The notes beneath the pieces are model-generated. The model was not told the DNA's origin, ran no database searches, and saw only the letters and a program-made list of their open reading frames with translations. A stretch of 64,000 nt of DNA from a virus: positions 1-64,000 of the IMG/VR virus record IMGVR_UViG_3300037882_003336. One strand, given 5' to 3'. Position 1 is the first letter of the stretch, and each line of letters opens with the position of its first letter. Both the position numbers and the translations under genes were made by a program. Below are positions 1 to 8,429 of the stretch, piece by piece.

Positions 1-99
1 CACGGGTGGCTCTTCCACGGGTGGCTCTTCCACGGGTGGCTCTTCCACGGGTGGCTCTTCCACGGGTGGCTCTTCCACGGGTGGCTCTTCCACGGGTGG
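1..99. repeat. 15-bp tandem repeat CACGGGTGGCTCTTC, at least 6.5 copies, coding EEPPV on the minus strand
   Basis: Perfect repeat directly visible and in frame with the minus-strand ORF. Confidence 0.95.
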
Positions 100-597
100 A
101 TTGACGCGGTCGAGGGACGCACGCAGGGTAGCGGCGGCACCTTCAAGCGAATCACCTTCGGCGACGAGGCGGTCCTTGATGGCGGCGAGGTTGGCGACTT
201 CAGCGGCCAGAGCGGCGTTCTGTTCAGTCGTGAGGTTCAGTTGCGAAGTCAGACCGGAAATGCTGGTATTGGCAGCTTCCAGATCGGCTTGCAGTTGACG
301 GAGGTTGGCGAGGGCTCCGGGGAGACCGTCGAGGAACGTGGTGGTGGCGGCGATGGTGGCGAGCGCTTGCGCGGTTTCGCTGGGATTGTCGGGCATACTG
401 GTTGTGTGGTTTGGGTTGACCCTGTCAAGAGCCACGCGGAGTGCTTGGACCCTGTCAAGGAAAATGTTTACTTGGCCTTTCAGAACAATGAGTTCAGCGC
501 GTTCAGCGAGAAGCTTCGTGTAATCATTGTTTTCGACAGCTTTGGCGCGTCCCAGAAGGACGGCTAGGGAACCTGAGAATCTGGAGAAGACTTCCAT
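1..597 (-). CDS. Partial hypothetical coiled-coil protein with (EEPPV)n tail; runs off the window edge
   Basis: Translated by hand (absent from the ORF track because no stop is in the window): MEVFSRFSGS...ALRVALDRVNP...MPDNPS...TLRASLDRVNPPVEEPPVEEPPV. Alternative start at 396. Confidence 0.75.
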   Translation of the reverse strand, partial: MEVFSRFSGSLAVLLGRAKAVENNDYTKLLAERAELIVLKGQVNIFLDRVQALRVALDRVNPNHTTSMPDNPSETAQALATIAATTTFLDGLPGALANLRQLQADLEAANTSISGLTSQLNLTTEQNAALAAEVANLAAIKDRLVAEGDSLEGAAATLRASLDRVNPPVEEPPVEEPPVEEPPVEEPPVEEPPVEEPPV

Positions 598-642
598 GGG
601 CGGATAGAACACTGGCTAATTAGCCTATTGGTGAGGTTACCA

Positions 643-1032
643 CTATGAAATTCGTAGTGGGGTGATGTCTAAAACTGGAATACTGCTGGTGATGCCAGCA
701 CGCTTGGCCTTGGCGATGAAGTGGTGACCGTCCACCACGTGGTCATTGATCAGTAGCACATACTTCTCGCCGTTTTTGATGGACGACCTAACCGCGTCAC
801 CGCACTTCTTCTCGCATTCGTCCTTGACTGCCTTCACGGCGGTCTTGAGGTTCTCAGGATCGGCCTTGCTGATGAGTTCCGGCAACACGATACCATACTG
901 GATAACAGTGCCAGTCTCATCAGAAAACTGAGCAACATCCTGCCGAACCGACTTCGGCAGATCCTTTACCCGAACGTCGCCGATATAGGCGGACTCATCG
1001 AGCCTTGAGAGAATTCTACGGGAAAGACGCAC
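643..1032 (-). CDS. ParB/Srx-like small protein with putative capsid-targeting leader
   Basis: VVDGHH motif followed by A..AG...IPV; N-terminus MRLSRRILSRLDES. Confidence 0.55.
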   Translation of the reverse strand: MRLSRRILSRLDESAYIGDVRVKDLPKSVRQDVAQFSDETGTVIQYGIVLPELISKADPENLKTAVKAVKDECEKKCGDAVRSSIKNGEKYVLLINDHVVDGHHFIAKAKRAGITSSIPVLDITPLRIS

Positions 1033-1052
1033 CCTAAAGATAGTGGATACAG

Positions 1053-1081
1053 AGACGCCGCACCTTGTGAGTGCGGCGTCT
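1053..1081 (-). terminator. Hairpin, probable terminator
   Basis: 11-bp stem AGACGCCGCAC/GTGCGGCGTCT downstream of 1102..1674; weak U-tract. Confidence 0.6.
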
Positions 1082-1101
1082 AAGGAAGGTCAGGCGACGT
1101 G

Positions 1102-1674
1102 TTACGCGCCGATCACGAAGTAGAGGAACGCGGTCGCCTTACCACCGGTCAGAGCGGCAGTTGCGGTCGTGAATGTGATCTGACGGGCGGCAGTCAAGAC
1201 GATCGAAGTCGACTCGGGCGTGTTGGCCTTTGGCGTGATCGCTTTCCGGCCAGTGGTCGACCAGGGCGCACCACCAAACGCAGCAGCCGCGATAATGTCG
1301 TCGGCGGCGTTGATGCTGACCGCGACAGTGGCAGATCCGCCGCTGGCCAAAGCGGTGTTGACTTGAACGAAACCACCCACGATGATCGCATTGATTGGGA
1401 TGACCGGGCCGACGACGTGGGCGGCGATGGTGCGCTGGGCGGTATTGGCGGTCGGGTCGAAGGTACCACGAGCGACTTGCAGTCCGGCAGCACCATCGGC
1501 AGCACCATCGGTACCTTCAGCCAGAAGACCGTAGGCTTCAAGGGCGGCACGAACACTGGCGGTGGCGGCTGGGCGAACGACCGGAGTGGTGCCGAAGAAC
1601 CCGAGCTTCGCAGCCGTGGTTTGGCCAATCTTGATGCCGTTGACGTTGTGGGAGGAAATGATGTTGGTCTTCAT
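1102..1674 (-). CDS. Putative virion (head decoration-like) protein
   Basis: Ala/Gly/Thr-rich beta protein with KLGFFGTTPV motif and its own terminator; start moved to MKTNII. Confidence 0.5.
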   Translation of the reverse strand: MKTNIISSHNVNGIKIGQTTAAKLGFFGTTPVVRPAATASVRAALEAYGLLAEGTDGAADGAAGLQVARGTFDPTANTAQRTIAAHVVGPVIPINAIIVGGFVQVNTALASGGSATVAVSINAADDIIAAAAFGGAPWSTTGRKAITPKANTPESTSIVLTAARQITFTTATAALTGGKATAFLYFVIGA

Positions 1675-1735
1675 GGAGTGTGGTAATGAGTGATGAACCC
1701 TGCCAAGACATTCAGCAGTTACCAATAGCTAGTCG

Positions 1736-2539
1736 CTACGGAGTGCGAATGCGGAATAATTGTGGTGGGGAGGGTACGGGAACCGTTGGGAGTGAGGTGA
1801 TGTTGATTTCAGCCTTTTCGCCTTCTCCGATGTTATTGACCGATGCCACCCCGTAGTACCCAGTTTCCGTGAGTGGCCATGACAACTTTGGCGCTAGCAC
1901 TTCACCCACCTGATTCCACACTTCACCGGTCTTTTTGTAGATGATGAACTTGAAAGTCTTGCGACGCTCGCTTGGTGCGTGCCACGTGAGAGACAGAGGC
2001 GGTGGAAGGTCGGAGGGCGGCAAATAGTCTTCAAGTTCGTAATCCAGTACCAACTCAGGGCGGTCCGGATAGACGTACCGGTAGTACCGCTGACCCGTGA
2101 TCACGCCAATGGTGGACGGCTTGCCAGGAACGCTCTCTTCCGTTGCGCTTGCTCTGGTGGTCAGATAATCGTCCTCCACCGCCCAATCGATGAGGTTGCC
2201 AGAATGCTCCAGCACCACCCGATAAACGTCGAGTGACAACTCGTCGCTATGCTCGCTTTCAAGGCTTCCTGATTCTGGCGTTCCGTACGCGGTCACCGAC
2301 GAATACCACATTCCGGGTGTCAATACGAGATGGTTTTTGAGCGGTGTTTCCACCACGTTTCCCACGTCGAATGTCTGAGTATATCCACGCGGAGTTCTCC
2401 CAAGGTGAGCACGGTATCCACCTAAATGGGGCTCCACGTTGGCATCCCATGACACCGTGATATCAGCGGGTTTGGTGGCGAGTTGGGAGAACGACGTGAC
2501 CGATAGGGCGAAGAAGGCGAGGATGGAGAGCAGTTTCAT
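1736..2539 (-). CDS. Secreted fibronectin type III domain protein
   Basis: Signal peptide MKLLSILAFFALSV; FN3 pattern VSWDAN...GYR...DVGNV...W Y..VTAY...ES..S. Confidence 0.7.
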   Translation of the reverse strand: MKLLSILAFFALSVTSFSQLATKPADITVSWDANVEPHLGGYRAHLGRTPRGYTQTFDVGNVVETPLKNHLVLTPGMWYSSVTAYGTPESGSLESEHSDELSLDVYRVVLEHSGNLIDWAVEDDYLTTRASATEESVPGKPSTIGVITGQRYYRYVYPDRPELVLDYELEDYLPPSDLPPPLSLTWHAPSERRKTFKFIIYKKTGEVWNQVGEVLAPKLSWPLTETGYYGVASVNNIGEGEKAEINITSLPTVPVPSPPQLFRIRTP

Positions 2540-2554
2540 AGGTTCAAGAGAAAG

Positions 2555-3400
2555 TCATCGCTTGTCCTTCCGCTGCTCTTGGCGCTGCTTGTGTTGCTCG
2601 ACGAACTTCTTCGCAAATTCGGTGATAGTCTTGGCACCGTATTGCTTGAGCAGTTTCTCCCACCTTTCCCAATACCCACGCACTGCGATACCCTTGTGAG
2701 ACCGCATGTTGTGCACGTCTGCACCCATTTGGGTGATGAAGTCGCTGTGGTAGTATAGCAGGCGGCGGTACCATGGTTCCGTACGGATCTTAGCACCGCT
2801 CTCCAGGAACTTCAATAGGTCGTCCATACGGACCAACTCCCTCTCACCCCGCTCGAAGTGATGCGGGGGGTTGGCCTGTTCGGGAACCCCCTTCATGAAC
2901 TCTTCCGGTGTCTTAGCACGCCGGGTGTCCAGTAGCTCGTAAGCCTTCTGATTGTCGTACATGTAGACGGGGAACTCCGAGATAAGCGTGAGGTTTTCGA
3001 AGTCGTCCCGTCTTCCCTGTTCGAAGTATTTGACGTGGACCGCCTTAATGTACTGGCGGAATCCACGAATAGCGGGCTTGGCGGAGAACAGGCGTTCCTC
3101 TGATTCAGTCTCACCACCCCATCCCCAGTAGTCAACGGGGCGAAGCTTGTAGCGTTGACGGAGTTTGTCCCAGTCCACCACGATCGTCACCGAACTCCCC
3201 TTCCGGTATCGGTTGTTGGGGACGCGGCTGAACGAGATGAAGAACCCCTCGTCGCCGTGCCTGATTTCCGAATCCCCGCGACCGTAGCTCAGTTCGAACA
3301 GGTCGTCCGCCACGATCTTCCACAACGCCCGGAGCGAGGTGACATGGTAAAGCTCACCATGGGACTCAAGGAGCGTTTGAAGGGTGGCGGAAAGACTCAC
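2555..3400 (-). CDS. Putative internal head protein with possible ADP-ribosyltransferase fold
   Basis: Leader MSLSATLQTLLES; motifs LYHVT, ISFSR and ESEE in ART-like order. Confidence 0.45.
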   Translation of the reverse strand: MSLSATLQTLLESHGELYHVTSLRALWKIVADDLFELSYGRGDSEIRHGDEGFFISFSRVPNNRYRKGSSVTIVVDWDKLRQRYKLRPVDYWGWGGETESEERLFSAKPAIRGFRQYIKAVHVKYFEQGRRDDFENLTLISEFPVYMYDNQKAYELLDTRRAKTPEEFMKGVPEQANPPHHFERGERELVRMDDLLKFLESGAKIRTEPWYRRLLYYHSDFITQMGADVHNMRSHKGIAVRGYWERWEKLLKQYGAKTITEFAKKFVEQHKQRQEQRKDKR

Positions 3401-3402
3401 CC

Positions 3403-3840
3403 CTAAACGTACTTCTCAGCGGTCCTGCCGTAGAACGTAAACCCGCCCTCCTTCTCCACCATCGCTTTCGAGACATCCGAAACCACTTCCAGCGAAATCT
3501 TCTCAGCCCCACAGCTGGTCGCCTCTGCGATACCCGCGTCGAACAGCATCCGACCGATACCTTTCCCCTGATAGGCTGGATCGACGACAATGTCGAACGA
3601 GAAGGTTGACCCACCGTCCCGGACACCACCAAACCAAGCCCCCACCACATCGTTTGCGGAAAACTCCGTGTGATCATCGTGGTTTACCCGGACAACCGCC
3701 CCCATGAGTTCCTTGTCGCTCAGGATGTTGATGGACGACTCTTCCGCAATCGCCCATGCCCCGTCCATGATTTCCTGGTCCTCAGTGTCAGCCCACTGAC
3801 ACGAAGCGAGTGCTTCCAGTAAGGACCGTGTCAGGCTCAT
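3403..3840 (-). CDS. GNAT acetyltransferase with putative capsid-targeting leader
   Basis: Motif A VVDPAYQGKGIGRML; leader MSLTRSLLEA. Confidence 0.85.
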   Translation of the reverse strand: MSLTRSLLEALASCQWADTEDQEIMDGAWAIAEESSINILSDKELMGAVVRVNHDDHTEFSANDVVGAWFGGVRDGGSTFSFDIVVDPAYQGKGIGRMLFDAGIAEATSCGAEKISLEVVSDVSKAMVEKEGGFTFYGRTAEKYV

Positions 3841-3842
3841 AC

Positions 3843-4145
3843 TCAGTCTTTGAAACCACCAAAGTCAGCCCCGATCTGTTCATAAGGCTTGCCGAATTTG
3901 CGATTGTAAAGGTCAATCAGCTGCTCGCGTGAGAAATCGCTCAGCAAGAACCTGATCATTCTGACTTCCGCTGGCGCGAGGGGGTGGGAACCCGGCATGG
4001 TGGTAAGGGCACCAATGATCGCGTGGACGACTTTCTTGGGGTCACGGAAATTCGAATCTTCCGGCGATATGTGGAAATCAATGGAGTAGTCCCGTGGCGG
4101 TTCGGACTCAAGCAGAGTCTCCGCGAGTTCTTGGGCTTTGCTCAT
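3843..4145 (-). CDS. Hypothetical protein (putative internal head protein)
   Basis: Leader MSKAQELAETLLES. Confidence 0.6.
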   Translation of the reverse strand: MSKAQELAETLLESEPPRDYSIDFHISPEDSNFRDPKKVVHAIIGALTTMPGSHPLAPAEVRMIRFLLSDFSREQLIDLYNRKFGKPYEQIGADFGGFKD

Positions 4146-4164
4146 GGGTAAGTGGTGAGAGTGC

Positions 4165-4500
4165 TTATGGGACTTTGCAAATAGCTGCGTACGCCATCAG
4201 GTCCCCCTTCCTGTTGAGCGCGTTCAAGTGTCCGGTTTTTTCGTCCCATTCAAACTTCGCACCATGTTTCTGCAGTTCGGCCATTGCCGCGTTTGGGTCG
4301 GTGTATCCACGACTGATTTTCAACCTCCCGCCGAAGGTGGTGTTACCGGTGATCCGGCTGAACTTCCCAAGAATCACCGTAACAATGCACTCCCCAGCCC
4401 CAGGCGTTGGACCAACCCACTTCGCCTGCTGAAACGCAGGCTGTGTTGGAGTTTGTGGCAACTCGGGTGACTCAAGCAGTTTTTCGGCTAGTGTGCTCAT
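4165..4500 (-). CDS. Hypothetical protein (putative internal head protein)
   Basis: Leader MSTLAEKLLES. Confidence 0.6.
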   Translation of the reverse strand: MSTLAEKLLESPELPQTPTQPAFQQAKWVGPTPGAGECIVTVILGKFSRITGNTTFGGRLKISRGYTDPNAAMAELQKHGAKFEWDEKTGHLNALNRKGDLMAYAAICKVP

Positions 4501-4508
4501 CGTGATAG

Positions 4509-5000
4509 TTAGTGCTGTTCACCGCTTTTTCGCGCCAGTTTGGCGACACGATCATTCATGCGGTTCAGTGAGTGCCGTGGATCGTCGAAGTTGGTGTGGC
4601 CCTTGACGTGTTTGAGCCAGATGACACCGCGCTGGACTTCCTTGATACCAAGGGAGGTCTGGCGGAGTTCGACCGGTACTTTGCCAGCCCGTCTGCCCGT
4701 GGTGCGGAAGGAGGTCTTGGCGAAGCGAGCGTCGGCAAAGGTGAGCAGGAGCCCAAGTGCCTCCAGCGAGTCGCATTGTACCACCCAAGCAATCTTGGCC
4801 TGAGTGTGGTGCGCCTGCAGGGCGGCGTTGATGCCAGCCTGGATGCCAAGGAGTTCCCCGTGGCTGCACGAAATGGCGCTTGAACTCCCGTGACCCTTAC
4901 CTCGTGCGACGTGGGATTTGAACCAGTAGCTCCACCCCGCCACCCCACCCTTGAACGAAGCATCCGAAAAGACGGTGATGAGGACGGAGTCTTGGGTCAT
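4509..5000 (-). CDS. Ribonuclease HI-like protein
   Basis: FSDASF, ELLGI, CDS, HVKGH and N..ND..A match the RNase HI D-E-D-D pattern. Confidence 0.85.
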   Translation of the reverse strand: MTQDSVLITVFSDASFKGGVAGWSYWFKSHVARGKGHGSSSAISCSHGELLGIQAGINAALQAHHTQAKIAWVVQCDSLEALGLLLTFADARFAKTSFRTTGRRAGKVPVELRQTSLGIKEVQRGVIWLKHVKGHTNFDDPRHSLNRMNDRVAKLARKSGEQH

Positions 5001-5024
5001 GTGGCAAGTTGGTTCGATACCGAC

Positions 5025-5591
5025 CTAGCACAGGCGGCGGATGATGGACAGACCCCACATGCTGGCCATGAAGCCCACGATACCAATGCCACCCTCCGGA
5101 ACGTTCACGTTGCTGGTCGTGGTCGATGACCAGCTGAGCACCCGGACATCCGGGATGTCGGCACGGAGACCCTGTTGAGTGCTGAACGCGAAGTTGGCGT
5201 CGGATGGGTTCTCGCCGTTGGTGGTAATGAACCCGTCGCCCGATAGGAACAACAGATAGCCACGCGGAAATGAGTGTCTCCGGATTTCCGTGGACTCCAG
5301 CGTGAATTCGTAGAGGTTGCCACCGTTCATCACGGACCACAGGACGTATGGCATGAAGGGTTCATCCGTCAGGTTCAGCGGGTTCATGACGAAGTCCGAT
5401 CCGACGGTGATTCCGTCGAAAACGCCATCGGTCGTGTGAGTACGACGTTGGCTCATGCTGCCCAAGGTCGTGGCGGAGCCAAGGTTGGCGTCGGGCAGGC
5501 CAATTCCGGACATGCCGAGTTCGCTGAAAATGGCGACGGCGTGAAGTGGCTGGGCGAGAAGGAGCAACGCTCCGAGTAGTAGTATTTTCAT
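5025..5591 (-). CDS. Exported protein with VPDSG/PEP-CTERM-type sorting signal
   Basis: Signal peptide MKILLLGALLLLAQPLHA; C-terminus VPEGG + hydrophobic helix + RR. Confidence 0.75.
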   Translation of the reverse strand: MKILLLGALLLLAQPLHAVAIFSELGMSGIGLPDANLGSATTLGSMSQRRTHTTDGVFDGITVGSDFVMNPLNLTDEPFMPYVLWSVMNGGNLYEFTLESTEIRRHSFPRGYLLFLSGDGFITTNGENPSDANFAFSTQQGLRADIPDVRVLSWSSTTTSNVNVPEGGIGIVGFMASMWGLSIIRRLC

Positions 5592-5626
5592 GGTTGGTGG
5601 GGAATTGGTACTTGACAAGAAAGGTG

Positions 5627-5878
5627 TTACAGCAGACCCTTCTCGCGGAGGTAAGAAATTTGGGCTTGCTGGGTTGGGAAGAGCTTGGCGACGTTGTACC
5701 CACCGATCCACAGCGTCTTGATGCCAGCTTGGAACTCCGACTCAATCCGGGAATCGGCAACCGAACCACCCCGATCCGTGAAAAAGCTCTCAGGGGCGGC
5801 TTCGTTGGTCCACTTACCGGTGATGCCGACCGTGTAGTAGGTGGCTTCAGTAGCTTCGATGGTTGGTTGCGTCGTCAT
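5627..5878 (-). CDS. Hypothetical early protein
   Basis: ATG lies 5 nt after the -10 box of a consensus promoter. Confidence 0.65.
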   Translation of the reverse strand: MTTQPTIEATEATYYTVGITGKWTNEAAPESFFTDRGGSVADSRIESEFQAGIKTLWIGGYNVAKLFPTQQAQISYLREKGLL

Positions 5879-5883
5879 TCCGT

Positions 5884-5912
5884 ACTATAACACTGCTTGG
5901 AACCTTTGTCAA
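5884..5912 (-). promoter_or_regulatory. Sigma70-type early promoter (leaderless)
   Basis: TTGACA-17 nt-TATAGT with extended TGn; ATG 5 nt downstream. Confidence 0.85.
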
Positions 5913-5913
5913 G

Positions 5914-6061
5914 TGGGTGAGCGGGCCGGACGCTACCCCGGCTAGATAGTGGTTCTGATGGTGGCACGACCCCTTAACCTGTTCTCATCTGTGACTTATT
6001 GTGGTCGTAGGAGGCATCTGGTTCTTCAGATGCGCGTGTCTGCTTTCCACGCCGCCGCTCA
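5914..6061 (-). ncRNA. tRNA-like structured RNA with encoded CCA and non-canonical loops
   Basis: Acceptor stem TGAGCGG/CCGCTCA + C-CCA; D-like arm GCGTG/CACGC; arm GCATCTG/CAGATGC; about 70-nt insert; T-like arm GCCGG/CCGGC. Confidence 0.65.
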
Positions 6062-6448
6062 AAAGGTTACTTGGAAGTTCTGAATGAAGACGAGGGTTGG
6101 TTCGACGATAGTCCGCTGAGCCACCCACGCCTTTGCTTCTGCAAGCGCTAAAGCTTCGTCGTCGTATCTCTCGAACGGCTTAACCAGTTCAAATTCGTTT
6201 TCAAACACAGCCCAGCCTTTGGAATTGCGGTCGATCGAGATAAGGTAGCGTTTGTCGATCGTGTCAGGTTTATCCAGTTCAACCGGGAATCTGCTCTTGA
6301 GCCAAATCTTGTTCGCCGAGTCGAGTAGTGCAGCCAAGTCTTCATGACCGCCACCAACCAGCCAAGAACGGGTGTCCTTGTAGTCATTGAAGAAATCGAA
6401 GCGACCGATTCCGGTGAGTGGGTCTTTGAGAATTTCGCGGACAATCAT
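6059..6448 (-). CDS. Hypothetical protein
   Basis: ATGA overlap with the upstream gene in an early operon. Confidence 0.65.
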   Translation of the reverse strand: MIVREILKDPLTGIGRFDFFNDYKDTRSWLVGGGHEDLAALLDSANKIWLKSRFPVELDKPDTIDKRYLISIDRNSKGWAVFENEFELVKPFERYDDEALALAEAKAWVAQRTIVEPTLVFIQNFQVTF

Positions 6449-6705
6449 GGGGTAGGTACGAGTTTGGCTTTTTGGTGACGAATGCCCTGTAGAACACGCC
6501 TCCGGGCGTGCATGAGAGCACGGATTGGGTCAGCGACTGGCATCGTGTAAACGTTGCCGACTCCAGCACCGCTCACGTCCAGCCAGTACCGGATGTGTTG
6601 GAAGATCATTGCACGTGGCTCCGGGCGGATATCCGGAGTGAACCTGATGACGGCACCCTTGTAGCGATACTCGGGCTTTGGCGTTGGGACGGCTTGGGTG
6701 GACAT
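6445..6705 (-). CDS. Hypothetical protein
   Basis: Operon packing; start moved to MSTQAV. Confidence 0.55.
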   Translation of the reverse strand: MSTQAVPTPKPEYRYKGAVIRFTPDIRPEPRAMIFQHIRYWLDVSGAGVGNVYTMPVADPIRALMHARRRVLQGIRHQKAKLVPTP

Positions 6706-6709
6706 GGTG

Positions 6710-7336
6710 TTATGCGGTGCGGTTCTTTTCAGCGATCTTGATGGCTTGTTCACGGCTGACTTCCGTCACCACGGTTCCGTCGCCGAACGTGGGGTCATGG
6801 AAGTGACCGTCCCAAAGCCGGGTGTGGGTGGACTCGTCGCCCGACTGCTTTTTGAACGCGATTTCGCCGAGCGTGGAGGACCACACCAGAAAGTACCCAC
6901 CGGGCTTGACCTTTTCGATCACCGTAAGCTTGCGCTTGGGGTTCGCGGCCTTCGTGGCTTTCGCGTCCTTCTCATCCACCAAGCGCTGGTGATTCGACAT
7001 TTCGACCTCCGGACCGCGCTGGAAGAACGGGTTGACGAACGGTTCTTCATTCTTACCCTTGAGCGTCACCGAGTGAAGCGTGATTCCGTTGTGCAGCTTT
7101 TCGAGTTCAATCTTGGTCACCACATAGGGTCCACCCTTGAGTCGGGCGATGTCACCAACCAAGAGTTCACGAACTGGGATGCGAGCGAAGTTGTCCATGG
7201 TTTTGGTGTGGGTGGTGGGTTGGGTTGGCTCTGGACTTTCCCAAACAACAGCCCCGTCTTGGCAATCCGGATGGTCTTGGTGGTACCAGTACGGGCCAAC
7301 TGGGCTTTCGTGGCGGATGAGCGTGGGTGAATCCAT
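6710..7336 (-). CDS. Hypothetical early protein
   Basis: ATG (MDSPTL) lies 6 nt after TATAAT. Confidence 0.7.
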   Translation of the reverse strand: MDSPTLIRHESPVGPYWYHQDHPDCQDGAVVWESPEPTQPTTHTKTMDNFARIPVRELLVGDIARLKGGPYVVTKIELEKLHNGITLHSVTLKGKNEEPFVNPFFQRGPEVEMSNHQRLVDEKDAKATKAANPKRKLTVIEKVKPGGYFLVWSSTLGEIAFKKQSGDESTHTRLWDGHFHDPTFGDGTVVTEVSREQAIKIAEKNRTA

Positions 7337-7342
7337 ATGCTT

Positions 7343-7371
7343 ATTATAACACATCCGAGTTACTTTGTCAA
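7343..7371 (-). promoter_or_regulatory. Sigma70-type early promoter (leaderless)
   Basis: TTGACA-17 nt-TATAAT with extended TGn. Confidence 0.9.
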
Positions 7372-7728
7372 GTTGGCCACTGCTTTTGAGTTGAGGTTGG
7401 CGTTCACATTAGCCTCCCAGCAACCCTTGTTGAGTGCCATCGCCAGATCGTGGACCCGCACACCCCACTTGGTTTTGTCGAGGTTGAGCGCTTTCAGGTC
7501 CCCGAAGAGGTGCTCCAACTCTTCCCGATGCCCATTCTCGCGGAACTTCACCCCGGCTAGGCTGATCCGTCCGCCGATTTCAGTCGTCACCACGATGACG
7601 TCTTCCTGAAACCCGGTGGTCTTGGTGCCACGATGCTTCCGGATGGACGGGTGGAACACGGACACTTCAACCGACATACCGTTGTCGACGTAGGTGGCGG
7701 TCAAGACAATCTGGGTGAGTTCCTTCAT
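7360..7728 (-). CDS. Hypothetical early protein
   Basis: ATG lies 5 nt after TATAAT. Confidence 0.7.
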   Translation of the reverse strand: MKELTQIVLTATYVDNGMSVEVSVFHPSIRKHRGTKTTGFQEDVIVVTTEIGGRISLAGVKFRENGHREELEHLFGDLKALNLDKTKWGVRVHDLAMALNKGCWEANVNANLNSKAVANLTK

Positions 7729-7733
7729 CCCAC

Positions 7734-7762
7734 ATTATAACACACCCGAGTTCTCCTGTCAA
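7734..7762 (-). promoter_or_regulatory. Sigma70-type early promoter (leaderless)
   Basis: TTGACA-17 nt-TATAAT with extended TGn. Confidence 0.9.
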
Positions 7763-8379
7763 GTAGTACCACTACCAGACATCTTCTCTCCCTTCGGCGT
7801 AATGACGAAGCCGGATGGATCAACGTAAATTTGGCCAGCTTTACAAAATTCCCCATTCACGGTGACTGTGCGCGGGCCTGAGACGTGGACACCGTGTGCG
7901 ACGAGCCATGCGTCAATCGCGGTTGCAACTTCGTCTCCATCAATTTCGATGTTGACTCCCGGACCATATTTGGTTTGGCCGTTTCCATATTGGATGTTAA
8001 TACCTGATGAAATGACTGGCAAGGAGATTGGGTCGTTGGGCAGCAAAAACTCCTGCTCGACGGCTTGCAGAAGCTGAATTCGCTGGACCGATGGATCAAC
8101 ATGGGAAACGACCAATTCTTTGAGTTTGGTGGCGGTTTTAGCGAACCTCACGCGAAGTTCGGTAGTTTCGCCGGATGCTTGCTGTTTCGCCCGGACCCGT
8201 GCTCCCGACACTGCGGCTTGCGAGATCGCGCCAATGTTCCGCTCCAAAGCGTCGAACACTTCGATTTCTTCTCCAATCCAACCGGAAGCGCCAAGGCGTC
8301 GTCCTAGTTCCTCAACGATCTGGACGGTGGAAACGGAATCGAGGAAGTTGAGTTGTTCCTGAACTGGTACTGTTTTCAT
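7759..8379 (-). CDS. Hypothetical phage protein
   Basis: Start moved to MKTVPV to avoid overlap with the HNH gene. Confidence 0.6.
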   Translation of the reverse strand: MKTVPVQEQLNFLDSVSTVQIVEELGRRLGASGWIGEEIEVFDALERNIGAISQAAVSGARVRAKQQASGETTELRVRFAKTATKLKELVVSHVDPSVQRIQLLQAVEQEFLLPNDPISLPVISSGINIQYGNGQTKYGPGVNIEIDGDEVATAIDAWLVAHGVHVSGPRTVTVNGEFCKAGQIYVDPSGFVITPKGEKMSGSGTT

Positions 8380-8429
8380 GGTACCCTTTGAGAACCCAAC
8401 CCACTGTTGTACATTGAGTTCTGAGTTAG

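Noticed and set aside
1-99. CRISPR array
   Set aside because: There are no spacers; it is a head-to-tail 15-mer coding EEPPV.
419-460. Two minus-strand TTGACA boxes (ACCCTGTCAAG direct repeat) as promoters
   Set aside because: No -10 box lies at the right spacing, and both encode LDRV within the 1..597 ORF.
4509-5000. Retroelement, retron or DGR suggested by RNase H
   Set aside because: No reverse transcriptase motif or template/variable repeat pair is visible in the window.
5611-5640. Plus-strand CTTGACAA as a promoter
   Set aside because: There is no -10 box 17 nt downstream and no credible plus-strand gene.
5914-6061. Canonical tRNA or tmRNA
   Set aside because: It has no TTC T-loop, no 7-nt anticodon loop and no G3:U70; it is kept only as a tRNA-like RNA.
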